64,000 nt of DNA from a virus. The notes beneath the pieces are model-generated. The model saw only the letters and a program-made list of their open reading frames with translations. It did not search any database and had not been told where the DNA came from. Positions within the stretch are counted from its first letter, which is position 1; every line of letters starts with the position of its first letter. Location: IMG/VR virus record IMGVR_UViG_3300005253_000054, positions 36,284 through 100,283 of that record. One strand, written 5' to 3'. This document shows, piece after piece, positions 16,338 through 26,422 of the stretch. A program made the translations under genes and the position numbers.

Positions 16338-16829
16338 ATGAGTGACAAGTTACGATTAGAAATCGACGAATTCAAACTTGACGAGGAATGGATGGGTCAA
16401 GCCAAGTTACGGAGAGAGTGGGGCGAAAAACATGCCGATGCTATTTTCGAGATGGATGAGGCAAAGTCGAAATTGGCAGTAGTCGAGGCTGAGTTAGGTC
16501 GCGAGATGCGGAATGATCCTGAGAGTTTTGATCTTGGGAAGAAGGCCACTGAGACTGCAATAAAGAGCACCATACCCCTTCATTCCAAACATCAAGCAGC
16601 AACTCGTAATCTGAATGAAGCCAAGCACGCAGCTAAAATCTTAGAGGCTGCTGTCGAGGGTATTGAGCACAGGAAACGAGCCCTTGAAAAACTTGTTGAT
16701 TTGCATGGGCGGGATTATTTTGGTGACAAACCGAGACCATCCAAGGAAAACAAAGAGGCTGTAGAAGAAATGGAGAAGAGGACTATCAGACGACGTGGAC
16801 GGAGAAAGGTCAACAGAGACGATGAGTAG
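16338..16829 (+). CDS. UvsY-like recombination mediator (helical protein)
   Basis: Helical coiled-coil pattern; located upstream of SSB and RecA. Confidence 0.5.
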   Translation: MSDKLRLEIDEFKLDEEWMGQAKLRREWGEKHADAIFEMDEAKSKLAVVEAELGREMRNDPESFDLGKKATETAIKSTIPLHSKHQAATRNLNEAKHAAKILEAAVEGIEHRKRALEKLVDLHGRDYFGDKPRPSKENKEAVEEMEKRTIRRRGRRKVNRDDE

Positions 16830-16960
16830 TCCTTGGTTGACTATCGTCTGTATTTTATTAGGGCTATTCGTTGTGTTGCCATTTGTGGTTTCTCGCAATG
16901 TTAGAATAGCAGCATACTCATGGCAATGGGGTAAACAACAATTCCAGAAGGAGACAGAAA

Positions 16961-18169
16961 ATGGTGAGTCGAAAGCAGAAGAAGAAAGATCGGAAGAGAG
17001 TATCGGCTAAGCGGCGTAGGGAGGAACATCAATCAGGTTTTACTGGCACGTCGATTAAGTTGCCAGAGGATACGACATTTTTTCAGATTGAGAAAGCCGG
17101 CGTTCGTCGTTTCGATGTTGTTCCTTACGAGGTTGGTGAGGACGCCGGAAATCCCCATGCTGATTCTGGAGAGAAGTATTTCGAGCGTACATTTTACACG
17201 CATCGCATCGGTGCTGAAAGTAAACCTTATATTTGTCCATTGAAAACCTTTAAGAGACCCTGCCCAGTTTGCGTCGAGCGTGGAAAACTGGCACAAGACC
17301 CGGATAATAGTAAGGAGTTAATTAGTGCTTTATTGCCGAAAGAAAGACAGCTTTGGAATGTGTTTGATAGGGAGAATCCCGAAGAGGGTGTACAGATTTG
17401 GGACTACTCTTATCATTTGTTTGGTAAGCAATTGGATGCAAAATTAGATCATGCTGACGAAGAAGATGAGTATGATTATTTTGCTGATCCCGAAGATGGT
17501 TTTACGCTCAAGGTCGGTTTCTCGAAAAAGTCGGGGGGTGGTTATAATTGGAATGAGGCAACGGATATCGAGTTTAAGAATCGTAAAGAGCCTTTGTCTA
17601 AAGAGATTATTGACGCTGCCCATGATTTAGACAGCCTATTGGTTGTTGAATCTTACGATATACTAAAGAAAGTTTTCTTTGAGATGGGTGACGATGACGA
17701 CGGCGATGGTGACGAAGAAGAGGATGAGAAGGAAAAGCCACCGAAAGAGAAGAAACGAAGGTCTAAGAAGGAAAAGAAGAAAGAGACTATGACGGCCGAA
17801 GAGGCTGGACTAGAGGTTGGTGACGAAGTTACTCATAAGGAACATGAAGAGTGGGGCACTTGCGACATCACAAAGATTAGTGGTGATGATACCCCGATTA
17901 CGATAGAGGATGAGGATGGTGAGGAACATCGGGCAATTGGTGTCGAAGATTTGGAGAAGGTCGAGGATGATCCAGAACCCAATCCAGAACCCGAACCTGA
18001 AAAGAAAAAGGGTAGGGGTAAGAAGGGCAAAGGAAAGGATAAGAAGGAAAAGAAGCCCGATCCTGTAGATGATGATGCGGATGGTGATGTTGATGATCAG
18101 GACATAGATGAGGCTGAAGAGAATTGGGACGACGACGACGACGAAGATTGGGACGAAGACGACGACTGA
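16961..18169 (+). CDS. Single-stranded DNA-binding protein (gp32-like)
   Basis: YICP..PCPVC Zn motif, DPEDGF motif, very acidic C-terminal tail. Confidence 0.7.
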   Translation: MVSRKQKKKDRKRVSAKRRREEHQSGFTGTSIKLPEDTTFFQIEKAGVRRFDVVPYEVGEDAGNPHADSGEKYFERTFYTHRIGAESKPYICPLKTFKRPCPVCVERGKLAQDPDNSKELISALLPKERQLWNVFDRENPEEGVQIWDYSYHLFGKQLDAKLDHADEEDEYDYFADPEDGFTLKVGFSKKSGGGYNWNEATDIEFKNRKEPLSKEIIDAAHDLDSLLVVESYDILKKVFFEMGDDDDGDGDEEEDEKEKPPKEKKRRSKKEKKKETMTAEEAGLEVGDEVTHKEHEEWGTCDITKISGDDTPITIEDEDGEEHRAIGVEDLEKVEDDPEPNPEPEPEKKKGRGKKGKGKDKKEKKPDPVDDDADGDVDDQDIDEAEENWDDDDDEDWDEDDD

Positions 18170-18180
18170 TTATTTGGCAA

Positions 18181-18234
18181 GGGTGGTAGGTAGTGGGTTT
18201 TAGTCGGCCTTATCGCTGCCTACCATCCTATTTT
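18181..18234 (+). terminator. Intrinsic terminator
   Basis: GGGTGGTAGGTAGTG/CGCTGCCTACCATCC stem followed by TATTTT. Confidence 0.7.
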
Positions 18235-18268
18235 GAGATTCCGTACTTTGGGTCGTGATGAGTGCAGG

Positions 18269-18376
18269 TAGTGGTGATATGACCGGCGCGGCTGCGGCAA
18301 CACCTTTAGGTCGTCATATCAGGGAATGCCGTACTCCCGTTAGTCCAGTCGCAAAGCGTCTGAGGCTAACCCACTA
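18269..18376 (+). ncRNA. Structured intergenic RNA candidate (4-way junction)
   Basis: TAGTGG/CCACTA closes three hairpins: TGATATGAC/GTCATATCA, GGGA/TCCC and GTTAGTC/GGCTAAC. Confidence 0.45.
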
Positions 18377-18411
18377 TTTTCTGACGGGATACCCCTCCTC
18401 TGGAGAATACT

Positions 18412-18768
18412 ATGGATGAGAGAAAAGATATTTTGACCTTATCAAATGGTGAATTGTCGTTGACGTGGCCAGTAGAATTATCTAAGGCAGACTTGGAAGA
18501 TATACAGCAGTGGCTTACTATGCGATTGAATGCTTTTTCACGGGATTCCATAAGAAAACAAAAAACACATTTTCAAAGGATTAGTAGGTTTTTTAATGAT
18601 TGTGGGAATGAATGGGCATTTTTATCAGAGATTCAAGAGATGGTGTGTATCAATAATGCGGCAATTAGGCAGGTTATTTACAATACAAAGAAACAGGAGT
18701 TTGTCAGGCAGGCTGATCCAGAAGGGTCGAAGAAATCACAGTTTAGATTGAGAGTGTTCAATGACTAA
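18412..18768 (+). CDS. Hypothetical protein (possible winged helix)
   Basis: 118 aa ORF with SD, overlapping the recA start. Confidence 0.5.
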   Translation: MDERKDILTLSNGELSLTWPVELSKADLEDIQQWLTMRLNAFSRDSIRKQKTHFQRISRFFNDCGNEWAFLSEIQEMVCINNAAIRQVIYNTKKQEFVRQADPEGSKKSQFRLRVFND

Positions 18769-19924
18769 AAAGACAGACAAGATCAAGGAAGAGCTAACAA
18801 AGCCACGTCGGAAGAGAAGCCCACCGATCAAGGCGTCTGACTTTCTTAGCACTGGATCAACTCTTCTCAATTATGCTTGTACTGGTATGGTGCATGGAGG
18901 AATACCCAAAGGTAAGTTTGTCTTTTTCGTAGGGGATTCTCAGAGTGGTAAGACGTGGTTAGCTTTGTCTTTATTTGCTGAGGCTTGTCGTAACAAATCT
19001 TTCGATGACTACCGTTTGATTTATGATGATGTAGAGGGCGGGGCTTTGATGGACCTAGAACGGTTTTTTGGATCGAAAATGATCGACCGTATTGAACCCC
19101 CAGCATTAGACAAAGAGGGAATTTCAATTTACTCAGAAACTATTGAGGATTTTTATTTCAATATCGATGATGCTTTGCAAGGTGACAGGCCATTCATTTG
19201 GGTAGAGGATAGTATGGATGCCTTGAGCAGTGATTATGAGGGTAGGAAATTCGAGGAGAAGAAAACGGAAGCAAGGGGAGGGAAGAAAGCCAAAGGTGAT
19301 TATGGGGACGGTAAAGCTAAGATGAATAGTAGTTGGCTTAGAGGCATCTTAGCTGGTCTGAGAGATACAGGGTCGATTCTTATCATTGTCAATCAGACAA
19401 GAGACAATGTGGGGGCGGGACTATTCGAGCCAAAAAAGACTCGGTCAGGTGGACATGCTTTGAGATTCTATGCGACATTGGAGATATGGTCATCTGTTGT
19501 TGGTCAGATTAAGAAAAAAGTGAAAGGGATTGATAGACAGATAGGAACATACGTTAGAGTATCCTTGAAAAAGAATCGGGTAAATGGAAGAGTTGACAGA
19601 TTGGCAGTGATTCCTATTTATCATAGCTACGGTATTGATGATGTAGGTAGTTGTGTTGATTTTCTGATTGAGGAGGGTCATTGGGGAAAGGCTGAATCGG
19701 AAAAGGATAAAAAGAGGAAAGTAAAGAGGTCAAAGGAAAAGAAAGAAAAGAAACCGGCTGGAGTCATTGATGTTAAAGAATTTGGGGTAACATTGAAACG
19801 AACTCAGTTAATCAAACACATAGAGGATGAGGGATTGCAATTCGAGTTGCGGGATATTGTGTCGGATGTGTGGCAAGAGATAGAAGAGGCTTGTGAGTTG
19901 AAACGGAAACCAAGGTATGGATAA
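18761..19924 (+). CDS. recA: RecA/UvsX recombinase
   Basis: STGSTLLN, GDSQSGKT, EDSMDAL, IIVNQTR, SGGHALRFYA. Confidence 0.92.
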   Translation: MTKKTDKIKEELTKPRRKRSPPIKASDFLSTGSTLLNYACTGMVHGGIPKGKFVFFVGDSQSGKTWLALSLFAEACRNKSFDDYRLIYDDVEGGALMDLERFFGSKMIDRIEPPALDKEGISIYSETIEDFYFNIDDALQGDRPFIWVEDSMDALSSDYEGRKFEEKKTEARGGKKAKGDYGDGKAKMNSSWLRGILAGLRDTGSILIIVNQTRDNVGAGLFEPKKTRSGGHALRFYATLEIWSSVVGQIKKKVKGIDRQIGTYVRVSLKKNRVNGRVDRLAVIPIYHSYGIDDVGSCVDFLIEEGHWGKAESEKDKKRKVKRSKEKKEKKPAGVIDVKEFGVTLKRTQLIKHIEDEGLQFELRDIVSDVWQEIEEACELKRKPRYG

Positions 19925-19938
19925 AGGAGATTAGGATT

Positions 19939-20253
19939 ATGTTAGTATTGAGTAGGAAAAAGAACGAGAGAATCGTTATCAACGATAACATCACGATTGT
20001 CGTGGTCGAAATCCGGGGTGACAAGGTACGATTAGGAATTGAAGCTCCTAAAGAAGTCCCTGTACATCGACAGGAAGTGTTTGATGCGATTAAGGCGGGT
20101 GAGCGGAAAGTTCAAGAGGAAGAGATTGCAAGACGGTTAGCTCTCGACCCGCTAGATTCAAGGTCAATCGAGGAGGCAGTTGGTCCTGCTGAAGAATTGA
20201 CCGACGAGGAAATTATTGAAGGGGAAAGACAATGGGAGATGGAAAAAAAGTAA
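19939..20253 (+). CDS. csrA: Carbon storage regulator CsrA with C-terminal extension
   Basis: MLVLSRKKNERIVI..VRLGIEAPKEVPVHRQEV. Confidence 0.95.
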   Translation: MLVLSRKKNERIVINDNITIVVVEIRGDKVRLGIEAPKEVPVHRQEVFDAIKAGERKVQEEEIARRLALDPLDSRSIEEAVGPAEELTDEEIIEGERQWEMEKK

Positions 20254-20554
20254 GAAATCAAAGTGGTTAAGGACAAATCCAATGAAACTTAAGATAGTAA
20301 TAAAAGTCTCTGAGTCGATAACATCGGAACAAATGGAACAGATAGAAAAAGGAGTTAAACGGAAGTTAGGATCGGATGTTGATGTATTGGTACTTAATAA
20401 AGGTTTGGATGCCGAATGGTCTAATGGGTATACAATAGAGGAGAAAATTGGGGATTATCATTGGAAAGCCTCCGTCCAAACTTTTGATGAATTGTTGAAG
20501 ATTGCGGAAGTCCATCTTTGTAGGGCGAAATGATAAAAACATATTGGAGAAGTA

Positions 20555-21445
20555 ATGTCCACCATCCTCTTACTCGATACCAATTATCTAGCCCATCGTG
20601 CTTTCTACAGTACGGGTCACCTATCCCATGACGGAGAAGGGACGGGGATTCTTTACGGTATCTTACAAACGGTAGACCAATTACAAGACCGATTTGCTAC
20701 CGATAAAGTGGTATTCGCTTTCGATAGAGGATACGTCGGCCGCACCGAAATCTTTCCAGACTACAAAGCCAATCGGTATAAGAAGGAAAAGACCGAAGAA
20801 GAGCTAGAACAGATTAGGGAATTTCGAAAGCAACTATCCCAGATTCGGGATAAATGGTTGCCAATGTTGGGCTATCGGAATGTATTCTGGCAGAATGGTT
20901 ACGAGGCTGATGACGTGATTGCCTCATTGTCCTTTATTTTCCCTTTTCATAGTGCTAATACAGTGTATGAATTTATAATCGTGTCATCTGACAAAGATTT
21001 GTGGCAATTGGTTAATCAACACGTTCGCTGTTATAACCCACAGACTCAGGTGCTTACTACATGGGAATCATTCCAAAAAGAATGGGGTGTTGATCCAGAA
21101 ATGTGGCCACACGTCAAAGCGATTGCAGGAGACCCCTCTGATGGGATTCCAGGGGTAAAAGGCGTGGGGTTAAAGACGGCTGCTAAATATTATTCTGGGG
21201 GATTGAAAGAGGATTCAGCAGTCTACAAACGTATAATAGGTGAGGGGGTTGAGATTCACAATCGGAATATCAAACTGATTCGATTACCGTTTCCAGGTAC
21301 AGAGAAGTTTGAGTTGCGGGAGGATAGGGTAACAGCAAAACGTAGAGAGAAGGTGTTTAGGAAATTAGGATTTGCTGGGGGTAGAGTTAGGGGTGTGAGG
21401 AAACGAAAACGTAAAGAGGTTGTGGAAACAGGCGGATTTTTCTAA
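20555..21445 (+). CDS. 5'-3' exonuclease / flap endonuclease
   Basis: LLDTNYL, DYKANR, YEADDVIA, SSDKDL, GDPSDGIPGVKGVGLKTA. Confidence 0.92.
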   Translation: MSTILLLDTNYLAHRAFYSTGHLSHDGEGTGILYGILQTVDQLQDRFATDKVVFAFDRGYVGRTEIFPDYKANRYKKEKTEEELEQIREFRKQLSQIRDKWLPMLGYRNVFWQNGYEADDVIASLSFIFPFHSANTVYEFIIVSSDKDLWQLVNQHVRCYNPQTQVLTTWESFQKEWGVDPEMWPHVKAIAGDPSDGIPGVKGVGLKTAAKYYSGGLKEDSAVYKRIIGEGVEIHNRNIKLIRLPFPGTEKFELREDRVTAKRREKVFRKLGFAGGRVRGVRKRKRKEVVETGGFF

Positions 21446-21795
21446 TGACCGGTAAAAAACTCAATTCGGGATCAAAAGGAAAACGTGGGGAGTGTGAGGC
21501 TGCGGCTGAGCTAATCCGCCTCTTCCGATGTGAAGCCCGAAGAGGCAGACAGTACCAAGGTTCTCCAGAGTCTCCAGACATAAAGACCACGATTCCAAAA
21601 GTGCATTTTGAGGTTAAGCGCACGGAATATCTCAGCCTATACGCTGCAATGGATCAGGCCGAGGAAGACGCTGGTACGGATATTCCAGTGGTGTTGCATC
21701 GTAGGAACAATAAGGATTGGCTTGCAATCGTAGCCTTGGATGACTTGCCTGGGCTGGTCAAGATTTTGAGTAAGCTATTGAAAGAAAGGGAATAG
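21445..21795 (+). CDS. Holliday junction resolvase-like PD-(D/E)xK nuclease
   Basis: KGKRGE..PDI..HFEVK. Confidence 0.8.
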   Translation: MTGKKLNSGSKGKRGECEAAAELIRLFRCEARRGRQYQGSPESPDIKTTIPKVHFEVKRTEYLSLYAAMDQAEEDAGTDIPVVLHRRNNKDWLAIVALDDLPGLVKILSKLLKERE

Positions 21796-21797
21796 TC

Positions 21798-22304
21798 ATG
21801 TTACGTCGAGCATTTATGAAGTTGATGGGGGCTACGCCTTTGTTGCCTTTGTTACCATTGCCAGAATCAGTTGCCAAGGATATTGTAGAAGATGGCTGTG
21901 ATGATGGTCCTATTATGGAGGTGTGGGAATCGGCTTACAAGGGTGATCTTGTCGATGCCGTAGCTGCGGAAGAATGGAAAGGATTAGTTGATTTACAACA
22001 ATGCCGCCTGGATAGACATTGGTATAGTGTTGTTTACTACGTGTGCATACCTCCGGGGTGTATAGGACATGGTTATCCTGCTTGGGATGGTTTTTACTAC
22101 GGATTTAAGCATGATTGTCCATTTGATTTGTATGAGAAATTATTTTGGATGAGGCGTGCTTTGCATAGACGACTAGAGACAAAATATCCGAAGACGTATT
22201 ATACAGGGCCAGTGAATACTATTGTATCGGAAGTCTGTAAGAGAGGTTTAACAGATACGAAATACACAATTGTAAATTGGGATGATAGCATGAGGTGGGA
22301 ATAG
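21798..22304 (+). CDS. Hypothetical protein with twin-arginine-like N-terminus
   Basis: MLRRAFMKLMG followed by a hydrophobic stretch. Confidence 0.5.
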   Translation: MLRRAFMKLMGATPLLPLLPLPESVAKDIVEDGCDDGPIMEVWESAYKGDLVDAVAAEEWKGLVDLQQCRLDRHWYSVVYYVCIPPGCIGHGYPAWDGFYYGFKHDCPFDLYEKLFWMRRALHRRLETKYPKTYYTGPVNTIVSEVCKRGLTDTKYTIVNWDDSMRWE

Positions 22305-22313
22305 AGAAAACTG

Positions 22314-23330
22314 ATGATAACCAAAATAGGAATCCGCAATTTTCAGTGCCACCGCTCGTTGACAATAGACCTTGACGAATTCGTTACGGTAATTGTTGGC
22401 CCCAGCGACTCTGGCAAATCTGCAATCATCCGGGCTATTCGATGGCTATGCCTCAATCAGCCTAGCGGGGATTCCTTCATTTGCGACGGTACCGACTCAG
22501 TTACAGCCCGAATGAAAGTTGACGGCCGAACTGTCACAAGGCATCGAGACAAGTCAGATAATCTTTATAAATTAGGTAAAGATGAATTCAAGTCTTTCGG
22601 CTCAAGTGTACCAGCTCCAATCGAGCGTTTGCTAAATATTGGTCCTGTAAACTTCCAGCAGCAGCATGACCCCCCTTATTGGTTGTCCAATTCAGCCGGT
22701 CAGGTGTCCCGCGAACTAAACGCCATCGTCAATTTAGAGGTGATTGACTCGGTTCTGTCGGCCGTCGCCAAGCAAATAACCAAATCCAGAAATGAGGTAG
22801 GATTCATTGAGGAACGATTAAGCAAAGCAGAAACCGAAGTAAAGGATACGGAATGGGCTGAAGACGCCGAATCCGATCTAAAGCGACTAGATAAGGCTAG
22901 ATCAGAACATGCCCGTCAGGTCGTCAGAGTGGCCCATTTTCGCGATGTTGTGGAAGAGGCCATCGAACGTCGCGAAACACACCAACAGGCCAGTAAACAG
23001 GCGTCTGCTTTGCGTACGGTAGTATCTGCTGGCAAGATGCTGAGGAAACTAGGGAAGCGACGGAAAGGATTGGACGAGTTGCTAGGACAGATAGCCAGTA
23101 AAGAGGTAATAGAGGCTCCCGATATTACTAGATTGGGGGGATTGAAAGAGATATGTAAAACGAGAAGTCAAGCGGCAGTAGGATTGGCAAGTTTGCTAAT
23201 TGATATTCAAGAGTGTCACGAAAAGGTGAATTGGAAGAAATCCGATTATGTGGCGGCTAAGGATCGACTCCGAAAAGAGACTGATGGTAAATGTCCAATA
23301 TGTGGGAGTTCTTACAAGGGAGACCTATGA
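22314..23330 (+). CDS. SbcC/Rad50-like ATPase, N-terminal half
   Basis: NFQCH, GPSDSGKS, Q-loop NFQQQ, coiled coil, terminal CPICG zinc hook. Confidence 0.88.
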   Translation: MITKIGIRNFQCHRSLTIDLDEFVTVIVGPSDSGKSAIIRAIRWLCLNQPSGDSFICDGTDSVTARMKVDGRTVTRHRDKSDNLYKLGKDEFKSFGSSVPAPIERLLNIGPVNFQQQHDPPYWLSNSAGQVSRELNAIVNLEVIDSVLSAVAKQITKSRNEVGFIEERLSKAETEVKDTEWAEDAESDLKRLDKARSEHARQVVRVAHFRDVVEEAIERRETHQQASKQASALRTVVSAGKMLRKLGKRRKGLDELLGQIASKEVIEAPDITRLGGLKEICKTRSQAAVGLASLLIDIQECHEKVNWKKSDYVAAKDRLRKETDGKCPICGSSYKGDL

Positions 23331-23640
23331 TGGAATTGTTTAGAAGAAAGTTCAGATATGTAAACAGCTATTGGTGGACTAGCAAGGGTATTGACTTGTC
23401 CGCTGATTTGATAACCAAATTGTTTGATATTCCTGAAAAGATCAAAACGATTTGGATTTCACTTCACGATAAATCGGTATCCAATCGACATATAGCTAGG
23501 GTGATAAAAGGCAATTGGGGTTATCCGGAAGTGTTAGTGGAGACGGAAAAGGGGATTTATAGGTTCGATGATGCAGGATTAGATAGAATACTCAAACCGT
23601 TAGTGGGAAAAACGGTGTACCTAGATTGCGAGTATCTCGA

Positions 23641-24558
23641 ATGAAAACACTAGCCATATTTTGTGCAGACTTACATCTGTCTCTGAAACCTCCTTCTGCC
23701 CGATCAGCCGAGCTTGATTGGCTGGCGTCACAGAAACGCCATTTAGACCAGCTTGGTGATTTGAACAAGGGAGAAATCCCCATTGTAATCGCGGGGGATT
23801 TATTAGATCGTTGGAATAATAGTAGTGAGTTCGTGAATTTTGTTATTGATTATCTACCAAACTGTTTAAGTCTTGTTGGTCAGCATGATTTACCAAATCA
23901 TCGTTATGACGATTTGGACAGGTCATCTTATGGCACTTTGATTCGGTCTGGAAAAATTCAAAACTTGTCGCCGAATGGGATTGTGTCTATGGGAGGGTTT
24001 GTGTTGTATTCTTTTCCTTGGGGCTCAGATATAAAACCAATAGAATCAAAAGAGGATGGAAAACAACATATAGCAGTTATCCACAAATTTATTTACAAAG
24101 GCAAATCAACCTCTTACCCAGGGGCACCAAAAGACGAGCAGATACGGGCCTACGCTGATTGTCTCAAAGGATATGACGCCGCCACTTTTGGTGACAATCA
24201 CATTCCATTTACGGGCAAGGCGGGTGATTGTAGGGTACTCAATTGTGGTTCTCTGATTCCAAGGAATATAAAAGAGCGAGAGCACAAACCAAGAGTCCTT
24301 ATGTTGATGGAAGATGGTAGCTGGGAATCACAAGACCTCGATACATCCGCTGATAAATGGATCGATGCGACAGAAGCAGAGCGATTGGAACATCAAGAGT
24401 TGGATATGTCAAAACTGTTAAGTGAATTGGATAGATTGGGAACGGAAGAAATGGATTATCGGGTTGCAGTGGAACGTTACATAGGAGACAAAGTAAACAA
24501 GGTTTGCAAGAGTATTGCGAAAAGAGTATTGGAGGTATTGGACGATGCCATTGATTGA
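23641..24558 (+). CDS. SbcD/Mre11-like metallophosphoesterase nuclease
   Basis: ADLH, AGDLLD, GQHD, GDNH, NCGS. Confidence 0.88.
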   Translation: MKTLAIFCADLHLSLKPPSARSAELDWLASQKRHLDQLGDLNKGEIPIVIAGDLLDRWNNSSEFVNFVIDYLPNCLSLVGQHDLPNHRYDDLDRSSYGTLIRSGKIQNLSPNGIVSMGGFVLYSFPWGSDIKPIESKEDGKQHIAVIHKFIYKGKSTSYPGAPKDEQIRAYADCLKGYDAATFGDNHIPFTGKAGDCRVLNCGSLIPRNIKEREHKPRVLMLMEDGSWESQDLDTSADKWIDATEAERLEHQELDMSKLLSELDRLGTEEMDYRVAVERYIGDKVNKVCKSIAKRVLEVLDDAID

Positions 24559-25574
24559 AGAACCAAGGAAGTATAAAGAGATTGTGCATAGATTAAGAGT
24601 TAAACATGTGCCATTTATCCTTAGTCGCATGTTGGGTAAGGGTATGTGGGGTTGGGTTTTTCAAGATTTCAATTGGGTTAGAGATAGTAATGGTTGTTTT
24701 GTCGTTCAGCTACGTTGGACCAATTTGAGAATGTATGCTGTCGAAATCACGTCAGAGCGTTGTGTCGATTATTGGTTCTATGATACTGCGTCGATAAAAA
24801 ATCAGATAAAGTACCTTTGGTTTTTGTTTTGGGGTATCAAAGTTAAGGAGCCAAGCAAATGATCCCGCAGTCTAATCAACAGGGAGGGACGGCGGATGAA
24901 AAGAGAATATTACGTTGGTGGGGAGTATACACCGACGCAAGCGGTCATAAGGCAACGTACGTTGGATTTGAGGTGGTTATTGGACAATCAATTTGAGGAG
25001 GTGATTCTTTTAGCGGTAATGAATTACGATATGCTTGATATTGACTTGGTAAAGAGTATGACCGACCGATTTGGGGCGGCAGAGGCACAAATACGGTTAA
25101 TCGAATTTCTGAGGGATTGAAAAGAGGATACCCCTCCTTTGGAGAAAGTTAAATGAGTAATTGGAAAGAGACAATATTGGGCGGGATGGCCATGGGTATT
25201 AGTATTATACTGTTATGGATAGCTTTTTCCTGGATAGAGGCCAGGCAATACAACAGGCTTACGGGTGGTAATGCAACCACACTTGACGCGATGTTCATTC
25301 AGTTACGTGTACAAGGAAAAGAAAAGGAGACCTAATAAATGCGAGATAAAGAACAAATAGAACAAACAGAGCAGGATCGAGAATGGTGGGTAGAAGTGGG
25401 CTTTCTGATCGATCCGAAAGCCAAGTTGTGCGGTTGGGATCATCGGTATAAGGCTGCATTTGGAAACCCCACTCAGTTTACGGTATGTGGTGCGGCGGCT
25501 AGGGTTTTGATGAGACAGCAAGATAAGCTTAAACAATTTCGTAAAAAGATATTGGAGGTTCGGACGATCGTTGT

Positions 25575-25847
25575 TTGATTAAAAGAAAAGGAATAAGAAT
25601 TGTGGATATCAAAAAGTTTACTCGGTTAAAAGAAAAAGCAGAAGCCCTACGCACTGAGGCTGAACAGGCCAAGGGTGCCTTGAATCAGCTTAAAAAAAAG
25701 TTGGAGGAAGACTTTGGGTGTCAATCGATTGAGGATGCCGAGAGGTTGTTAGAGAAGTACGAGAAAGAGGTGAAGAAAGCAGAAGAGGATTATGGTGAGG
25801 AATTGATTAGCTTTGAAGAGGAATGGGGTGAGAAACTGAGCAAATGA
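25575..25847 (+). CDS. Small coiled-coil protein (possible middle piece of SbcC)
   Basis: Heptad-rich; stop overlaps the start of the SbcC C-half. Confidence 0.5.
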   Translation: MIKRKGIRIVDIKKFTRLKEKAEALRTEAEQAKGALNQLKKKLEEDFGCQSIEDAERLLEKYEKEVKKAEEDYGEELISFEEEWGEKLSK

Positions 25848-26422
25848 CTAACGCTGAATTAGACATTTATCGCCGGCGAGTAACCGAGGCAGTCATCACC
25901 CATAAGACTGCTAAGAAATCCTTACAACAAACCAAATTAGAACTAAAACAAGCTATCCAAACTAGAGACGAAATCGAACAAACTCAATCAATTTTCCAAC
26001 ACGTAGCCCAAGCCGTCCAGCAATCCGTACATAACAAAATAGCTGGTGTGGTCTCCCGTTGCTTAGAAACCATCTTCGATGAGCCTTACGAATTCAGAAT
26101 TACATTTGAGAGAAAACGGGGTAGGACAGAAGCAAAACTTTCATTCGTAAGAAACGGAATGGAAGTAGACCCCATGACGGCATCAGGCGGGGGTGTTATT
26201 GACGTGGCAGCATTCGCTTTAAGATTAGCTTGCCTTATCCTCGCCAAGCCACAACAACGTAGGTTAATCATCCTTGACGAGCCTTTCAAGTATTTGTCAT
26301 TGGAATTCAGGTATAGGGTAAAAGAGCTACTGATGGGCTTAGCAAAGGAAATGAAAGTGCAATTCCTGATGGTAACCCACTTCAGAGAATTGGAATGTGG
26401 GACGGTAATTGAATTGGAGTAA
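25844..26422 (+). CDS. SbcC/Rad50-like ATPase, C-terminal half
   Basis: ASGGG signature, IILDEP Walker B, MVTH H-loop. Confidence 0.88.
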   Translation: MTNAELDIYRRRVTEAVITHKTAKKSLQQTKLELKQAIQTRDEIEQTQSIFQHVAQAVQQSVHNKIAGVVSRCLETIFDEPYEFRITFERKRGRTEAKLSFVRNGMEVDPMTASGGGVIDVAAFALRLACLILAKPQQRRLIILDEPFKYLSLEFRYRVKELLMGLAKEMKVQFLMVTHFRELECGTVIELE

